DNA of 64,000 bases from Escherichia phage Sa157lw. Numbering within the stretch: the stretch's first letter is position 1; the number at the start of each line of letters is the position of its first letter. This document shows positions 1-9,290 of the stretch, piece after piece. The stretch lies in the sequence record OK322699.1, one strand, 5' to 3'. The position numbers and the translations under genes were made by a program. The notes under the pieces are model-generated. The model was not told the DNA's origin, did not search any database, and worked only from the letters and a program-made list of their open reading frames with translations.

Positions 1-12
1 TAGACACAACAA

Positions 13-34
13 TGAAAAAGAGGCCGAAGCCTCT
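13..34 (-). terminator. intrinsic terminator (agaggc-cgaa-gcctct, then T-run on minus strand)
   Basis: 6-bp GC-rich stem with tetraloop at 19-34; minus-strand reading continues into ttttcatt. Confidence 0.45.
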
Positions 35-256
35 TTAATCGTCATATTTGCCTGTCCTGAAATTCCATTTCCTGGCCTTGGATAGGTCAAGATCTTTGAA
101 TATATTACCGAAGATCTTTTTAAACCCTGACTCTTCTTCAAGATCTTTCGGTCTCTTGACAGGTTCTTGAACCATACCGCCTTCGGGTTTCCCCACATCA
201 GCGGTAGTGGTGGCCGGAGCCGAAGAGTCTTCTAGGTAATCCTGGAAGCTCTTCAT
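35..256 (-). CDS. hypothetical protein (73 aa)
   Basis: Intact ORF in the minus-strand gene series; stop abuts a hairpin plus T-run terminator at 13-34. Confidence 0.4.
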   Translation of the reverse strand: MKSFQDYLEDSSAPATTTADVGKPEGGMVQEPVKRPKDLEEESGFKKIFGNIFKDLDLSKARKWNFRTGKYDD

Positions 257-259
257 AGA

Positions 260-1069
260 TTACACCACAGCCAGTTCACAACGGGCGGAAGTTACAGAAT
301 GGCCGTCCGCGTCTTCTACAACACACCAGTACTCACCCTCAGAAGCAGCGGTGACAGCGTGGTTGACCAGAGACGCAGTCGCTGCTGTTGGGTTAACACC
401 AGCATCAATCACCACACCTTCGCCGCCAGGGGTGTCAGAGAAATACCACACATAAGAGTACGGCGCGGTGCCGCCAGCAGCAACGATAGTGAATGTCGCA
501 TCAGCGCCGTCGGCCACGTCCTGAGAAGCAGCCAGATCGGTTGTCAACGACAACAGTCCTGCGATGGTAATGACGGTAGAATCGGTGTGATTTCCTTCTA
601 CAGTAACACCATAAACTGTAACAGAACCAGACTGAAGCAGTTTGAATTTACCACCGCCGATATGGATCGCCTTCGTCAGGTCGCCAGAATACCAGTTCAC
701 TCCTTGATATGTTGCGTTCACAGGAGCAACAGTGGCCAGCAATTCAACGATTTGGCCTATTTCCCCGCTGGCCGTAGCCGGAGTAATGGTCAGACCTGTG
801 GTAAGAACAGCAGTCGGATCATGGATTTCATAAGAAACCTGGAAACCTACTGGCTTGGTCGGATCAACTTTGGTGACACCGTCCGCTTGCAGATTACTTT
901 TGGTCAGCAACGCATCAAGACCTTTACATTCGGTCAGGATCTCATCAGGATCTTGATTTAGGCTGGTTTTTTGCCAACCCTTTGCAACACCCGTCACGAC
1001 ATGATTGCGTTCGGTTTCCGGTTTGTTGCGGACAACTTCCGGCGCGACTAATACTGTGATTGTTGGCAT
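260..1069 (-). CDS. Ig-like domain protein, possibly Hoc-like capsid decoration protein
   Basis: Thr/Val/Gly-rich beta-strand sequence with an Ig-type Y-x-C signature (GEYWCVVEDADGHSV). Start moved to the ATG at 1067-1069, which has a GGAGG RBS; the ORF-track start at 1081 is GTG. Confidence 0.5.
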   Translation of the reverse strand: MPTITVLVAPEVVRNKPETERNHVVTGVAKGWQKTSLNQDPDEILTECKGLDALLTKSNLQADGVTKVDPTKPVGFQVSYEIHDPTAVLTTGLTITPATASGEIGQIVELLATVAPVNATYQGVNWYSGDLTKAIHIGGGKFKLLQSGSVTVYGVTVEGNHTDSTVITIAGLLSLTTDLAASQDVADGADATFTIVAAGGTAPYSYVWYFSDTPGGEGVVIDAGVNPTAATASLVNHAVTAASEGEYWCVVEDADGHSVTSARCELAVV

Positions 1070-1440
1070 GGTTTCCTCCACTCATCCAAATCGTTGTTCA
1101 GAGCCATCATCAGCTCGTTATCTGGTTCGTATGAACCGGAACATAAATCATCTCTCCAAACTCCTAACGTCAACAGCGCTGCCTTTAGACGAGGATGTTG
1201 GTTCTTATCCGTTTTCAACACCAGCATTCGACACACAGCTTCAGTTTCGAAAGTATTGAAAAGAATAATCAATTGATTGATAAGCACACGAGGACTTTTC
1301 CCTGGCACAAATCTCTTCAATGATTGATTAATTAGCGAAATTCGCTGAATGTCTACCATCAAATCATCCCGTGAGACACCAGCAGTGATATAGTGTCTCA
1401 GGGCATATTCCATCAAATTGCTTTCGTCAACGATAGCCAT
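1048..1440 (-). CDS. hypothetical protein (130 aa)
   Basis: Intact ORF, co-oriented with neighbours. Confidence 0.4.
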   Translation of the reverse strand: MAIVDESNLMEYALRHYITAGVSRDDLMVDIQRISLINQSLKRFVPGKSPRVLINQLIILFNTFETEAVCRMLVLKTDKNQHPRLKAALLTLGVWRDDLCSGSYEPDNELMMALNNDLDEWRKPCQQSQY

Positions 1441-1472
1441 ATTGAATTATAATCAGCAGTTATACACTGGGA

Positions 1473-1886
1473 TTATTTAATCTGGAGTTTTTCAGTCAAT
1501 TGAGAAATAATTTCATTCCGGTCGGTAGAAACAATCCCCAAAGGTTCGGCCAATGTTTTAAGATCATTGATGTCGAGCAAAAGAAGGACTTCAACCGTAA
1601 TATCTGTCGATACCACAGTGCCTGGTTTCATAGGCTTACCGAACTTGTCTAGCCCATATCGACGTAAAGTACCCGCCAGCCCCGTAAGTTCCGCGAGAAG
1701 CTCTTTCGTGCCGTCTTTGTATTCACAGACCCAACCGTAGTCACCAGCATAAACAATGCCGCCGTCGCCACCCTGAGGGATGTTATCCACCACACGCTGA
1801 AGATAACTTGGAAGTTTGTTTTCTTCCTGGGCGGTGATTTCCTGGGACGTTTGGGTATTTTCAATTTTCTTTGGTGTCTTCGCCAT
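1473..1886 (-). CDS. hypothetical protein (138 aa)
   Basis: Start chosen at the internal ATG (MAKTPKK) preceded by GGAG at 8 nt; ORF-track start 1982 is likely an upstream extension. Confidence 0.4.
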   Translation of the reverse strand: MAKTPKKIENTQTSQEITAQEENKLPSYLQRVVDNIPQGGDGGIVYAGDYGWVCEYKDGTKELLAELTGLAGTLRRYGLDKFGKPMKPGTVVSTDITVEVLLLLDINDLKTLAEPLGIVSTDRNEIISQLTEKLQIK

Positions 1887-2160
1887 GATCAGTTCTCCTA
1901 TAGACTGTAATGTATTTACCACAGCAATTGCAGCAATAAACGTGCATGGAATATCCGTCGTCATTGAAATCACACCCACCACAACGACAGAACAATTTCA
2001 CAAACTGGTCACCACTGACTTCTCTTGGAGGAAAATTCTTAAACGAGTATTCTCTGAGTTCACCCTCAAATTGGAATGAATCAACAAGGAACTTTGTTTT
2101 TCGGCGCAGTGATCCAAATGCCTGTTGCTCATACACGAAGTAAACATCTCTGGTTTCCAT
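1861..2160 (-). CDS. Cys-rich small protein (possible zinc-binding)
   Basis: Cys clusters CRCGGC and CCNCCGK in a 99-aa ORF. Confidence 0.35.
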   Translation of the reverse strand: METRDVYFVYEQQAFGSLRRKTKFLVDSFQFEGELREYSFKNFPPREVSGDQFVKLFCRCGGCDFNDDGYSMHVYCCNCCGKYITVYRRTDHGEDTKEN

Positions 2161-2213
2161 ATTAACCTCAAAGAAAAGGAGGCCGAAGCCCCCTCTTTTA
2201 TGTCAGTTCGCGG

Positions 2214-3797
2214 TTACTTGTACAGACCGTCAACGTCAATAGATTTATGTTGGCGGTTGTATTCCGTGGTGTAGTCATCCAACACGAGATATTCACAGCA
2301 GCGGATTTTACTAGAACCGTAATCATCAGTGATAGACACGATGTCTTTCGGGTTCAGCTTACAACGCACAACCCGCTGGCCCAGGCTACCGAAACATTGT
2401 TTCAGATACGCCAGAGAACAAACGTGAAGACCATAGGAGCACAGGTCTTTGTTGTTATCGTTCACGAATGAGCGAGCCATCCGGACGATAGTGCCAGGTG
2501 CGTTACTGACTTTACCTGTGCGCTTATCCATATAATTTCCGCGAACGGATTTGTATAGAATAATGTCGCCGTCTTCATGAATCTCAATGTCTGAGTATGC
2601 CATGAATTCATAGATCCGACCAGACTGAACCAGCGCGGCGCTCGGGTTTTGGAACATCTTGTCAAGGAAACGGCCCAAGCGTTCCAAGTTCGGATAATCG
2701 CCTTTTAATGCCAAAGCCAAAATGCGTTTGGCAACGGAAGTTCCGGTGATATCATAGCCACCCCAGCGAACACGGTTGTCTGAAAGATCAACCATGCCTG
2801 TAGTGAATTGTTTGATGGCTTCACGCGGTTTCATCAGAGTGTAAGCTGTTTTGACGTCACGATTTTTAATCGCTTCAACAATACGGTCATACGCCTGGTG
2901 GCTCGTTGTGATCGTTTCCGGTTTACCATCGACCACAATCACGATACTTTCCGGCAAAATCATGATCTGGTGTTCGTTCAGGAACACAGACAGTTCTTTT
3001 TCATTAAATGAATTCTGAGTTTGCTTGTCGCCTGTTTCTTCAACAACTGCAACCGTCTTGACCACGAATAATACGGATGACAATGCCAGACGAAGTGTAC
3101 GGCCTAAAATTGCATCAAAGTAACCCACGCGCCGACGGGCATCAAGGGAACCGCGCATCGGATATGTTTCACCGTCATGCTGTACGCTGATTTTCACACC
3201 ATCATTGACTTTAACCACGCCATCAACCAATGCAGTAGCCAGTTCTGCTAACGGCGAAATATTTTCTTCATTGAAGCGGCTTGACCGAGTTTCTAACGGT
3301 TTCAGTTCTTCGCTTCTGAAAAGTTTGGCCTGAATAGCAGCAGAGCTATCATAACGCATACAGATAAACACTGTTTGGTTTTCCAGGAAACGGCCAACAT
3401 ACCATTCTTCGCCTTCAGAATCGACAGACACCGAACCTTCCAGAACTTCATAGGTGTCGGGGATTTTGCCTTCTTCAGTCAATTCTTTAATTGGCGAAAT
3501 CACGACCACGTTATTAGATTCTTTGATGATACGAACCATCAGGGCACGGGCAATTGTTTTGGCACTGACACCATAAACTGATGCCAGAGAAGAATTGCTT
3601 TCACCTTTGCTGCTCTTGGTTTGTATTTCTTGAATCTGTTCAGTGGTCAGAGACTTAATCGAAGCCGGATCCACTCCCAGTTCTTTATCCGACACGCGTT
3701 GTATCATTGAGCGCGGTACGCCCAATTCACTGGCTATTGAACTTTGACTTCTGTTCTCATTCAACAGCTTGAGAATACGTTTTTCTATAGCATTCAT
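2214..3797 (-). CDS. rIIB: rIIB-like protein
   Basis: C-terminal stretch (...SYGLHVCSLAYLKQCFGSLGQRVVRCKLNPKDIVSI...) aligns by eye with T4 RIIB (...SRGLHVCSKSYIRHFGSSTSRVVKVKVHPRDVVSI...); N-terminal HTH-like segment; sits directly downstream of the rIIA homologue as in T4. Confidence 0.75.
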   Translation of the reverse strand: MNAIEKRILKLLNENRSQSSIASELGVPRSMIQRVSDKELGVDPASIKSLTTEQIQEIQTKSSKGESNSSLASVYGVSAKTIARALMVRIIKESNNVVVISPIKELTEEGKIPDTYEVLEGSVSVDSEGEEWYVGRFLENQTVFICMRYDSSAAIQAKLFRSEELKPLETRSSRFNEENISPLAELATALVDGVVKVNDGVKISVQHDGETYPMRGSLDARRRVGYFDAILGRTLRLALSSVLFVVKTVAVVEETGDKQTQNSFNEKELSVFLNEHQIMILPESIVIVVDGKPETITTSHQAYDRIVEAIKNRDVKTAYTLMKPREAIKQFTTGMVDLSDNRVRWGGYDITGTSVAKRILALALKGDYPNLERLGRFLDKMFQNPSAALVQSGRIYEFMAYSDIEIHEDGDIILYKSVRGNYMDKRTGKVSNAPGTIVRMARSFVNDNNKDLCSYGLHVCSLAYLKQCFGSLGQRVVRCKLNPKDIVSITDDYGSSKIRCCEYLVLDDYTTEYNRQHKSIDVDGLYK

Positions 3798-3829
3798 CTT
3801 GTAGTTCTCACTATGGGGTAATGGGGCTA

Positions 3830-6571
3830 TTATGCCCCGAGAATACGTTTTGAAATAGCCTTCACAAATCTAGTGGCATCTTCAATCGCATTATGCGCCG
3901 TTGGCTGATATTTTGACATCATGAATTTCACCAAACGATGACATTCAACTCGGTATCGGTTTTTGGCCTTTTGCTTTTGAGATATAGTGCTAGTGACCTT
4001 TATCTCATCAAATCCTTCAGCAGTTAATTTTTCATTCAATAAATCAACAACTTGAGTTAACTGGTTACAGGCGCGGAAAAATCTCGTAGTTGAGAAAGGC
4101 ATTTCTATACGATAATGTAATTCCTCAACAGCCTTGCGGAAATAACCGTACCCCGATCCAGACGGGTTTCGTTTGGCCAGCATACGAACAACCTTCCATT
4201 CTTCTTCAGTGATTTGTTGTTTCGCATAACCGATGATTGCTTTTGCCCTGTGTTGATGATGAGCATAGCCATCCGTAACTTCTCCATGGGAATCAATCAA
4301 CAGCTTGGCACCATAATCAATGCGATGAGACATGATGTTTATGCCCTTGCGAAGTTTCAGGAGTTTCTTAGATTCAAGCGCCTGAAATTCATCTTTATAA
4401 TGCTCAAGCAACATATCAAACACTGCGTCAATGGGGATGAATACTTCTGGGAATTTCTTCATCATCGGAACAGATTTACGACGCGCAAGAACGATTGTTG
4501 GATGCGCTCCCAGCAAATCAAACATGTTTTCGTTTCCATTCTCGCCGAACTTCGTTCTTTCCATCGCTTCACGCAAATGTCCAGCCGTGGATTGTCGTAA
4601 GGTATTACCATGAATTTTATGGATACCTTCTCGGCCAGATACTTCGATATATACGATCTTTTTGCCTGAATCAATAATATCTGAAACGGTTTTTCCATCC
4701 AATTCATAAACGCTGTCGAAGTTAAATGAATTGTAATGGAAACTAAACATCCCAGGATCTTTTTCAACGGTCGGGCGAACATATTCCATTTCATGCATGA
4801 AATAAACTTCATCCGGATTGAATAAATCGCCAAAAACCTCGATCAGTTTATCGGCAAAGACCAGGTAGTCCGGTGTTGTTTCTTGTACACCGATCCATGA
4901 TTCAAAATAAGACTTCAATTCCTCATGGTTGGTGAATGATTCTTTATGTGCCGCCAGCTGATTCCGATTACTGAAATAATTTTCATTCGGCTTGACGACG
5001 ATAACGACATTGAAGTTATTGCGTGCTGTTTGTATCTTCAGGTTTCGAGCACGATTCGAGTTATCAATAATAACAGCAATTTTTGATTTAGATTTCAACC
5101 AATTTCCGACAGAGTTCACATAAATGCTGTCGTGTACTACACCGTCGTCGTGTACTTCAATTTCGTAAGGACTACCAATAGACCGGAAAGGTGCATCCAC
5201 AGAGTAATCGCGCACGACGTCCGGCGCTCCGATATAACGGAACGTGCCTTTGTAGAAACGGTTATCTGCAGGAAATTCTCGCTCCACTAATTTACGGAAA
5301 CCACTACCGAACATATCGGTCAATTGAGCCTTCTTCATATAAAGCATAAGAGGACCCATAGATTCGGCCTGGCGAAGTTCATACATCTTCGCCTGCATAA
5401 TATTGTCAGCCACATATTTGAACACTCGGTTCAGGCTTTCACGGGTGAACTCGTCATATGACAAGTCTTCACGTGATGGAGGAACATTCAATTCTCCAAG
5501 TTCAAAGAATGTATAGGAACTCGGGAATTTCTCCAGCACCGAACGTATTTCAGAATCCAATTGCTCAAGATCTATCGGATAAGAAACCCCGCCCATAACG
5601 GCATAGTGGGTATTATCAGAATCAGACTTCGGCTGAATATACGTGTTGCCCACACGGTTTTCAAAATTGATGTCCTGCCAGCGGAAAGAATAACTGGCAT
5701 TTTCAACCTTCGGGCGCATTGATGGGCGCATAACTCGACCCAGACGGACCAGTTCTTGTTCAAATGCGGTAAATCGCTGATTCTTTACAGGCACTTTAAC
5801 AGTCAGACCATTGAACTCATCAGTGTCTTCTGGTTTCGGATCACGGGTATCCAAATCCTTGGTGATCAGGTCCACAGTAGGAATCCTGTCCGCATTCAGA
5901 TACATAAGAAAGCGATACAGTTTACCTTCATAACGACTTTCTACAGTAAATGAGTCCGACACTGCAAATGGGGATTTAGAACCCAGCCCGAACGCGCCGA
6001 TCTGCCCGTCGTCGTCCTCTTTGGTGCTGTGGAAGAGTGTGGTGTACAAACCAGGTCCACGGATGATCTCGCCATCCTCAGCGCGGAATACCAACACCCC
6101 ATTGTAATAACCAGGCGTCCCAATAACAGCAGTGCTGTCAGGGATTTCATCTTCCTTCACAACAATGTTGCCTTCGACAAGCACTTCATCTTCCCGCGCT
6201 GCGATAGGTTCCCCGATAATCATTTCTAACGGAAGGCCAATCCCATAATCCTTGATTTCCAACCATGGTTCCATAACATCAGGTAAATGGACCACAACGG
6301 GCGTCCCTTTGGGAGCAAGATGCTTGCTGTATCTTTGGGGCATAGGGGTAAGAGGGGCATAATGGGACGGCAACCAACGCTGTTGGCGATCACGCATATT
6401 ATGCGAGTCTATACCGTTACATAACGTCTCACGCAAAGATGCGGCCTCTTTATATTTGTAGAGACTTGAAAATAATGTTTCAAATAATTTATCCGTCATC
6501 TTGACATTAAATGTCTGTCCGACGATAGTGGAAGAAGAGCGCACGAAATGCTCAGACTTGCGCATTTTCAT
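3830..6571 (-). CDS. rIIA: rIIA-like protein (GHKL ATPase-like N-terminal region)
   Basis: Motifs GAFGLGSKSPF, VMGGVSYPID and NVPPSREDLSYDEF match T4 RIIA (GGFGLGSKSPF, IYGGIVYPID, IAPSREALSLDD). Confidence 0.8.
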   Translation of the reverse strand: MKMRKSEHFVRSSSTIVGQTFNVKMTDKLFETLFSSLYKYKEAASLRETLCNGIDSHNMRDRQQRWLPSHYAPLTPMPQRYSKHLAPKGTPVVVHLPDVMEPWLEIKDYGIGLPLEMIIGEPIAAREDEVLVEGNIVVKEDEIPDSTAVIGTPGYYNGVLVFRAEDGEIIRGPGLYTTLFHSTKEDDDGQIGAFGLGSKSPFAVSDSFTVESRYEGKLYRFLMYLNADRIPTVDLITKDLDTRDPKPEDTDEFNGLTVKVPVKNQRFTAFEQELVRLGRVMRPSMRPKVENASYSFRWQDINFENRVGNTYIQPKSDSDNTHYAVMGGVSYPIDLEQLDSEIRSVLEKFPSSYTFFELGELNVPPSREDLSYDEFTRESLNRVFKYVADNIMQAKMYELRQAESMGPLMLYMKKAQLTDMFGSGFRKLVEREFPADNRFYKGTFRYIGAPDVVRDYSVDAPFRSIGSPYEIEVHDDGVVHDSIYVNSVGNWLKSKSKIAVIIDNSNRARNLKIQTARNNFNVVIVVKPNENYFSNRNQLAAHKESFTNHEELKSYFESWIGVQETTPDYLVFADKLIEVFGDLFNPDEVYFMHEMEYVRPTVEKDPGMFSFHYNSFNFDSVYELDGKTVSDIIDSGKKIVYIEVSGREGIHKIHGNTLRQSTAGHLREAMERTKFGENGNENMFDLLGAHPTIVLARRKSVPMMKKFPEVFIPIDAVFDMLLEHYKDEFQALESKKLLKLRKGINIMSHRIDYGAKLLIDSHGEVTDGYAHHQHRAKAIIGYAKQQITEEEWKVVRMLAKRNPSGSGYGYFRKAVEELHYRIEMPFSTTRFFRACNQLTQVVDLLNEKLTAEGFDEIKVTSTISQKQKAKNRYRVECHRLVKFMMSKYQPTAHNAIEDATRFVKAISKRILGA

Positions 6572-6642
6572 AGTATAGAATTCCTATTCAGTTTCAAAGG
6601 GAACACATTATTGGGGTATGGGTATGATACTAGCGGGGGACT

Positions 6643-6670
6643 CAATAGAAAAAGCCTCCAAAAGGAGGCT
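6643..6670 (-). terminator. intrinsic terminator (agcctcc-aaaa-ggaggct)
   Basis: Perfect 7-bp stem followed on the minus strand by ttttct, downstream of the stop at 6680. Confidence 0.5.
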
Positions 6671-6679
6671 TAATCAGGT

Positions 6680-7033
6680 TTAACTCTGGTCTACATTTAC
6701 AACGGCAGCGTTAAAGTTGAATGTCGGATGGGTAGCGCCTGGCTCTAACGTTTCTTCCAGATAACCTGCGATATTCCGCACCACGGTTTTAGGCTCAGAA
6801 CGTGAAGGCTTCGTTGCTCCAAGTTCAATGATACTGGAAGTAACTTGTTCGACTTGGGTGTGAGCCACAACAAAATGGTAACGACTACCAAACGCCGCCA
6901 CTTCAACTTCTGTAATTTCCAAACCACTCAATTCAGAGCTGCTCAACTGCTTCACATTCAGTTGTGAACGAAGGTGTTCCACAATGTTGCTGTAAACATA
7001 TTGTGGCGTGATCAGCTGTTCAATAGAACTCAT
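6680..7033 (-). CDS. hypothetical protein (117 aa)
   Basis: ATG at 7033 with GAGG RBS; start overlaps upstream stop (ATGA). Confidence 0.45.
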   Translation of the reverse strand: MSSIEQLITPQYVYSNIVEHLRSQLNVKQLSSSELSGLEITEVEVAAFGSRYHFVVAHTQVEQVTSSIIELGATKPSRSEPKTVVRNIAGYLEETLEPGATHPTFNFNAAVVNVDQS

Positions 7034-7320
7034 GACATATCCTCATTTCTTTGGGGGTTATTGTTACTTAACCGGACGACCTCTGCTCGAAGGAAAAGGA
7101 TTTCATCGGCCATTATCTTTCCCTCTTCAAACATCACATGGCAACGTGATAATCTGGGTTCGCCTTCAGATAATGCGTGAAGACGATATTCAGGGATGAC
7201 ATCATTTACGGCGTTTCTTTTTGTTCTTTCCATGCGTCTTGGCCTTTTTATGACGACTAACGGAAGGACGGGCATGCCCAGGCTCCCCAGGGGTACAACC
7301 TTGGGCATAACGTTGGTCAT
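7030..7320 (-). CDS. hypothetical small protein (true start uncertain; may be only the C-terminal ~27 aa from 7113)
   Basis: ORF overlaps 7202-7408 in another frame; an internal ATG at 7113 has a GAGGGAAA RBS. Confidence 0.2.
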   Translation of the reverse strand: MTNVMPKVVPLGSLGMPVLPLVVIKRPRRMERTKRNAVNDVIPEYRLHALSEGEPRLSRCHVMFEEGKIMADEILFLRAEVVRLSNNNPQRNEDMS

Positions 7321-7408
7321 CCCAGAGGCGTCCTTTGTAAGACATATCTTCAGCCATCGCGGACAAGGCGAGGGTTGCTACAGCCGCAGCAGATAATGGT
7401 TTAGACAT
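7202..7408 (-). CDS. small secreted basic protein (signal-peptide-like N-terminus, Lys/Arg-rich C-terminus)
   Basis: MSKPLSAAAVATLALSAMA followed by a KKRRK tail. Confidence 0.3.
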   Translation of the reverse strand: MSKPLSAAAVATLALSAMAEDMSYKGRLWDDQRYAQGCTPGEPGHARPSVSRHKKAKTHGKNKKKRRK

Positions 7409-7847
7409 CTGTTTCTCCTTTTGCTGCATATGCCAGTGCTTTTACAATCATCACGGCCAATCCGATTGGGTCGCACGTACCTTCGAATTCTTGTTCTAAA
7501 ATCTCACGTATTTCATCAGAAGATTGTACTTCGGAGCAGTTCTTGCTCTGTCGACGTTGTTCTTGCTCAACGAGGTCTTTGAACAGAAGGTCTTTGAAAG
7601 AATACTCATCGAAGTTTTCCAGATACTGCTGGATACTTGGTTGTTTCGCATCCATCGTTCTACGCAGATTGCTGATAGTTGAACTCGCCTGTTCGCGGTG
7701 TTTGTTCATAACGGAAAAGTTCACGGGTTTCCCCCAAGCGTTCGTCACTGTGTTGGAACACACTTGTCCGAAGAGATCTTGGAAGGCGTCATCCAGATGA
7801 ATCAGCGCGGCGGCCAGTTCATCATAAGTTGGTTTTTGAGCAGTCAT
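7401..7847 (-). CDS. hypothetical protein (148 aa)
   Basis: Intact ORF in operon-like series. Confidence 0.45.
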   Translation of the reverse strand: MTAQKPTYDELAAALIHLDDAFQDLFGQVCSNTVTNAWGKPVNFSVMNKHREQASSTISNLRRTMDAKQPSIQQYLENFDEYSFKDLLFKDLVEQEQRRQSKNCSEVQSSDEIREILEQEFEGTCDPIGLAVMIVKALAYAAKGETDV

Positions 7848-8215
7848 TTTCGTTTATTCCTATTTTTAGATTTCTTGGCTTGACGTTTATGCTGAGCGGC
7901 TCCATACAAGCGCGGAGGCTTTTGATAACGCTGTGAGGCAATTATATCCCTGTAGTCGGCTTCGGCTTCACAGCAAGAAACATCCGTTCTTCGTAATTGC
8001 GCGACCGCTTGTGACACCAGCATTTTACGTTCGCTTTCTACCAGGTCATCACAAATTATCATGCGCTCGCCTGGTTCACAACGACGTTTGGGAATGTCGT
8101 CAACACTGATGCATTCCACCTCAACGCCTTTCAATTTTTCTTGAAGGATGATGGCCATAGTACGAGCGCCCACCCCTCCTCCAATAATTGCAATCTTTCT
8201 TGGCTTGTCAGACAT
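7844..8215 (-). CDS. hypothetical protein with dinucleotide-binding-like glycine motif
   Basis: KIAIIGGGVGART resembles a Rossmann GxGxxG/A motif; start placed at MSDKPRK. Confidence 0.35.
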   Translation of the reverse strand: MSDKPRKIAIIGGGVGARTMAIILQEKLKGVEVECISVDDIPKRRCEPGERMIICDDLVESERKMLVSQAVAQLRRTDVSCCEAEADYRDIIASQRYQKPPRLYGAAQHKRQAKKSKNRNKRK

Positions 8216-8221
8216 ATTACA

Positions 8222-8262
8222 TTCCATAAAAAGAGGATAGAGCAATAATACCCTATCCCCCT
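8222..8262 (-). terminator. intrinsic terminator, member of a recurring TTCAATAAA-hairpin family
   Basis: Hairpin ggatag/ctatcc followed on minus strand by tttttatgg; ccctttattgaagaacg motif is shared with 11083-11102. Confidence 0.4.
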
Positions 8263-8276
8263 TTATTGAAGAACGA

Positions 8277-8702
8277 TTAGTCTTTGGATTCTACTTTATC
8301 ACCGCGCAGATCCTGGACGGGTTTGCCATCCGGCGACATGATGTAGATGGTGTTAATTGTCTCAAACCAAGACAATTCATCAACTCCTTCAGTGTATGGA
8401 GTTACCGGAACTGAAGTTTTGATATGATCACCAACGTTATTTGGGGCACCATCAGACTTCAGCACTGGCTCCAGGAAGGCGAAACGGCCATTTGGATAAA
8501 TCACCCCGCCTTTGAACATGCGAATCTTCTTACGAGGATTATTCGCCTCACCAAGGCACACCACCAGATGATGGATCATCTCAGGACGGGTAAGCAACGT
8601 GTCGTCACGGATGATCCCCTGTTTGATAGCGGAGATCACCACTTCATCCAACAAAGCCTGTTGCTGTTCCAGAGTCAAAGATTCAGTAAGTTTCACGCTC
8701 AT
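8277..8702 (-). CDS. hypothetical protein (141 aa)
   Basis: Intact ORF. Confidence 0.45.
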   Translation of the reverse strand: MSVKLTESLTLEQQQALLDEVVISAIKQGIIRDDTLLTRPEMIHHLVVCLGEANNPRKKIRMFKGGVIYPNGRFAFLEPVLKSDGAPNNVGDHIKTSVPVTPYTEGVDELSWFETINTIYIMSPDGKPVQDLRGDKVESKD

Positions 8703-8705
8703 GGT

Positions 8706-9275
8706 CTAACCTTTGAAATTAATTGGGTTCTGAACCCCAGAGTCAAACGCGGCCTGGGTACGGGTATCGCTCACCACCTGACAGGTCTTGTCAAGATCGA
8801 TGCGAGGGTATCCAAAGATGCCAGCAATGACAGATCCAGGGAACTGGCCGAGTTTGGTTTCATAGATAGCACACGCGTCCAATTTCTTTGTCTGGCTGAT
8901 ACGGAATTCATCACGTCCTGAACTGATGACCACCTGAATTTCTTTGTACAGGCTTGAATCAAACTGGATGTTCTGTTCCTGGATCCATTGCATAACCGCC
9001 TTTGAACCATCAGCACCATAACGACCCTGGAAAGTATCTTTGATCACTTCTTTCAGACCGTCTTTGTACAGGCCAGGTATCTGAGCCGTCTCTTGTACTT
9101 TGTTTGTATAGTTGCTCAGATGGTTTTCAGAATCTTTATTGAACTTTTTGACTTGCTGTTCAATACGATTGAAATCATTGAAATAACTGACGAAACTACC
9201 AACACCGATTACAACAAAAGCCAGAATCGCCAAACCGATGATCCAACCAATTGAAATACCTTTACGCTGCGACAT
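8706..9275 (-). CDS. membrane-anchored protein (N-terminal TM helix, soluble C-terminal domain)
   Basis: Hydrophobic segment GWIIGLAILAFVVIGVGSFV near the N-terminus. Confidence 0.5.
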   Translation of the reverse strand: MSQRKGISIGWIIGLAILAFVVIGVGSFVSYFNDFNRIEQQVKKFNKDSENHLSNYTNKVQETAQIPGLYKDGLKEVIKDTFQGRYGADGSKAVMQWIQEQNIQFDSSLYKEIQVVISSGRDEFRISQTKKLDACAIYETKLGQFPGSVIAGIFGYPRIDLDKTCQVVSDTRTQAAFDSGVQNPINFKG

Positions 9276-9290
9276 CTTTACTTCCTCTTG

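Noticed and set aside
299-961. 220-aa plus-strand ORF antisense to the Ig-like protein gene
   Set aside because: Lies wholly inside a better-supported minus-strand gene; Arg/Cys-rich low-complexity translation typical of antisense frames; no RBS.
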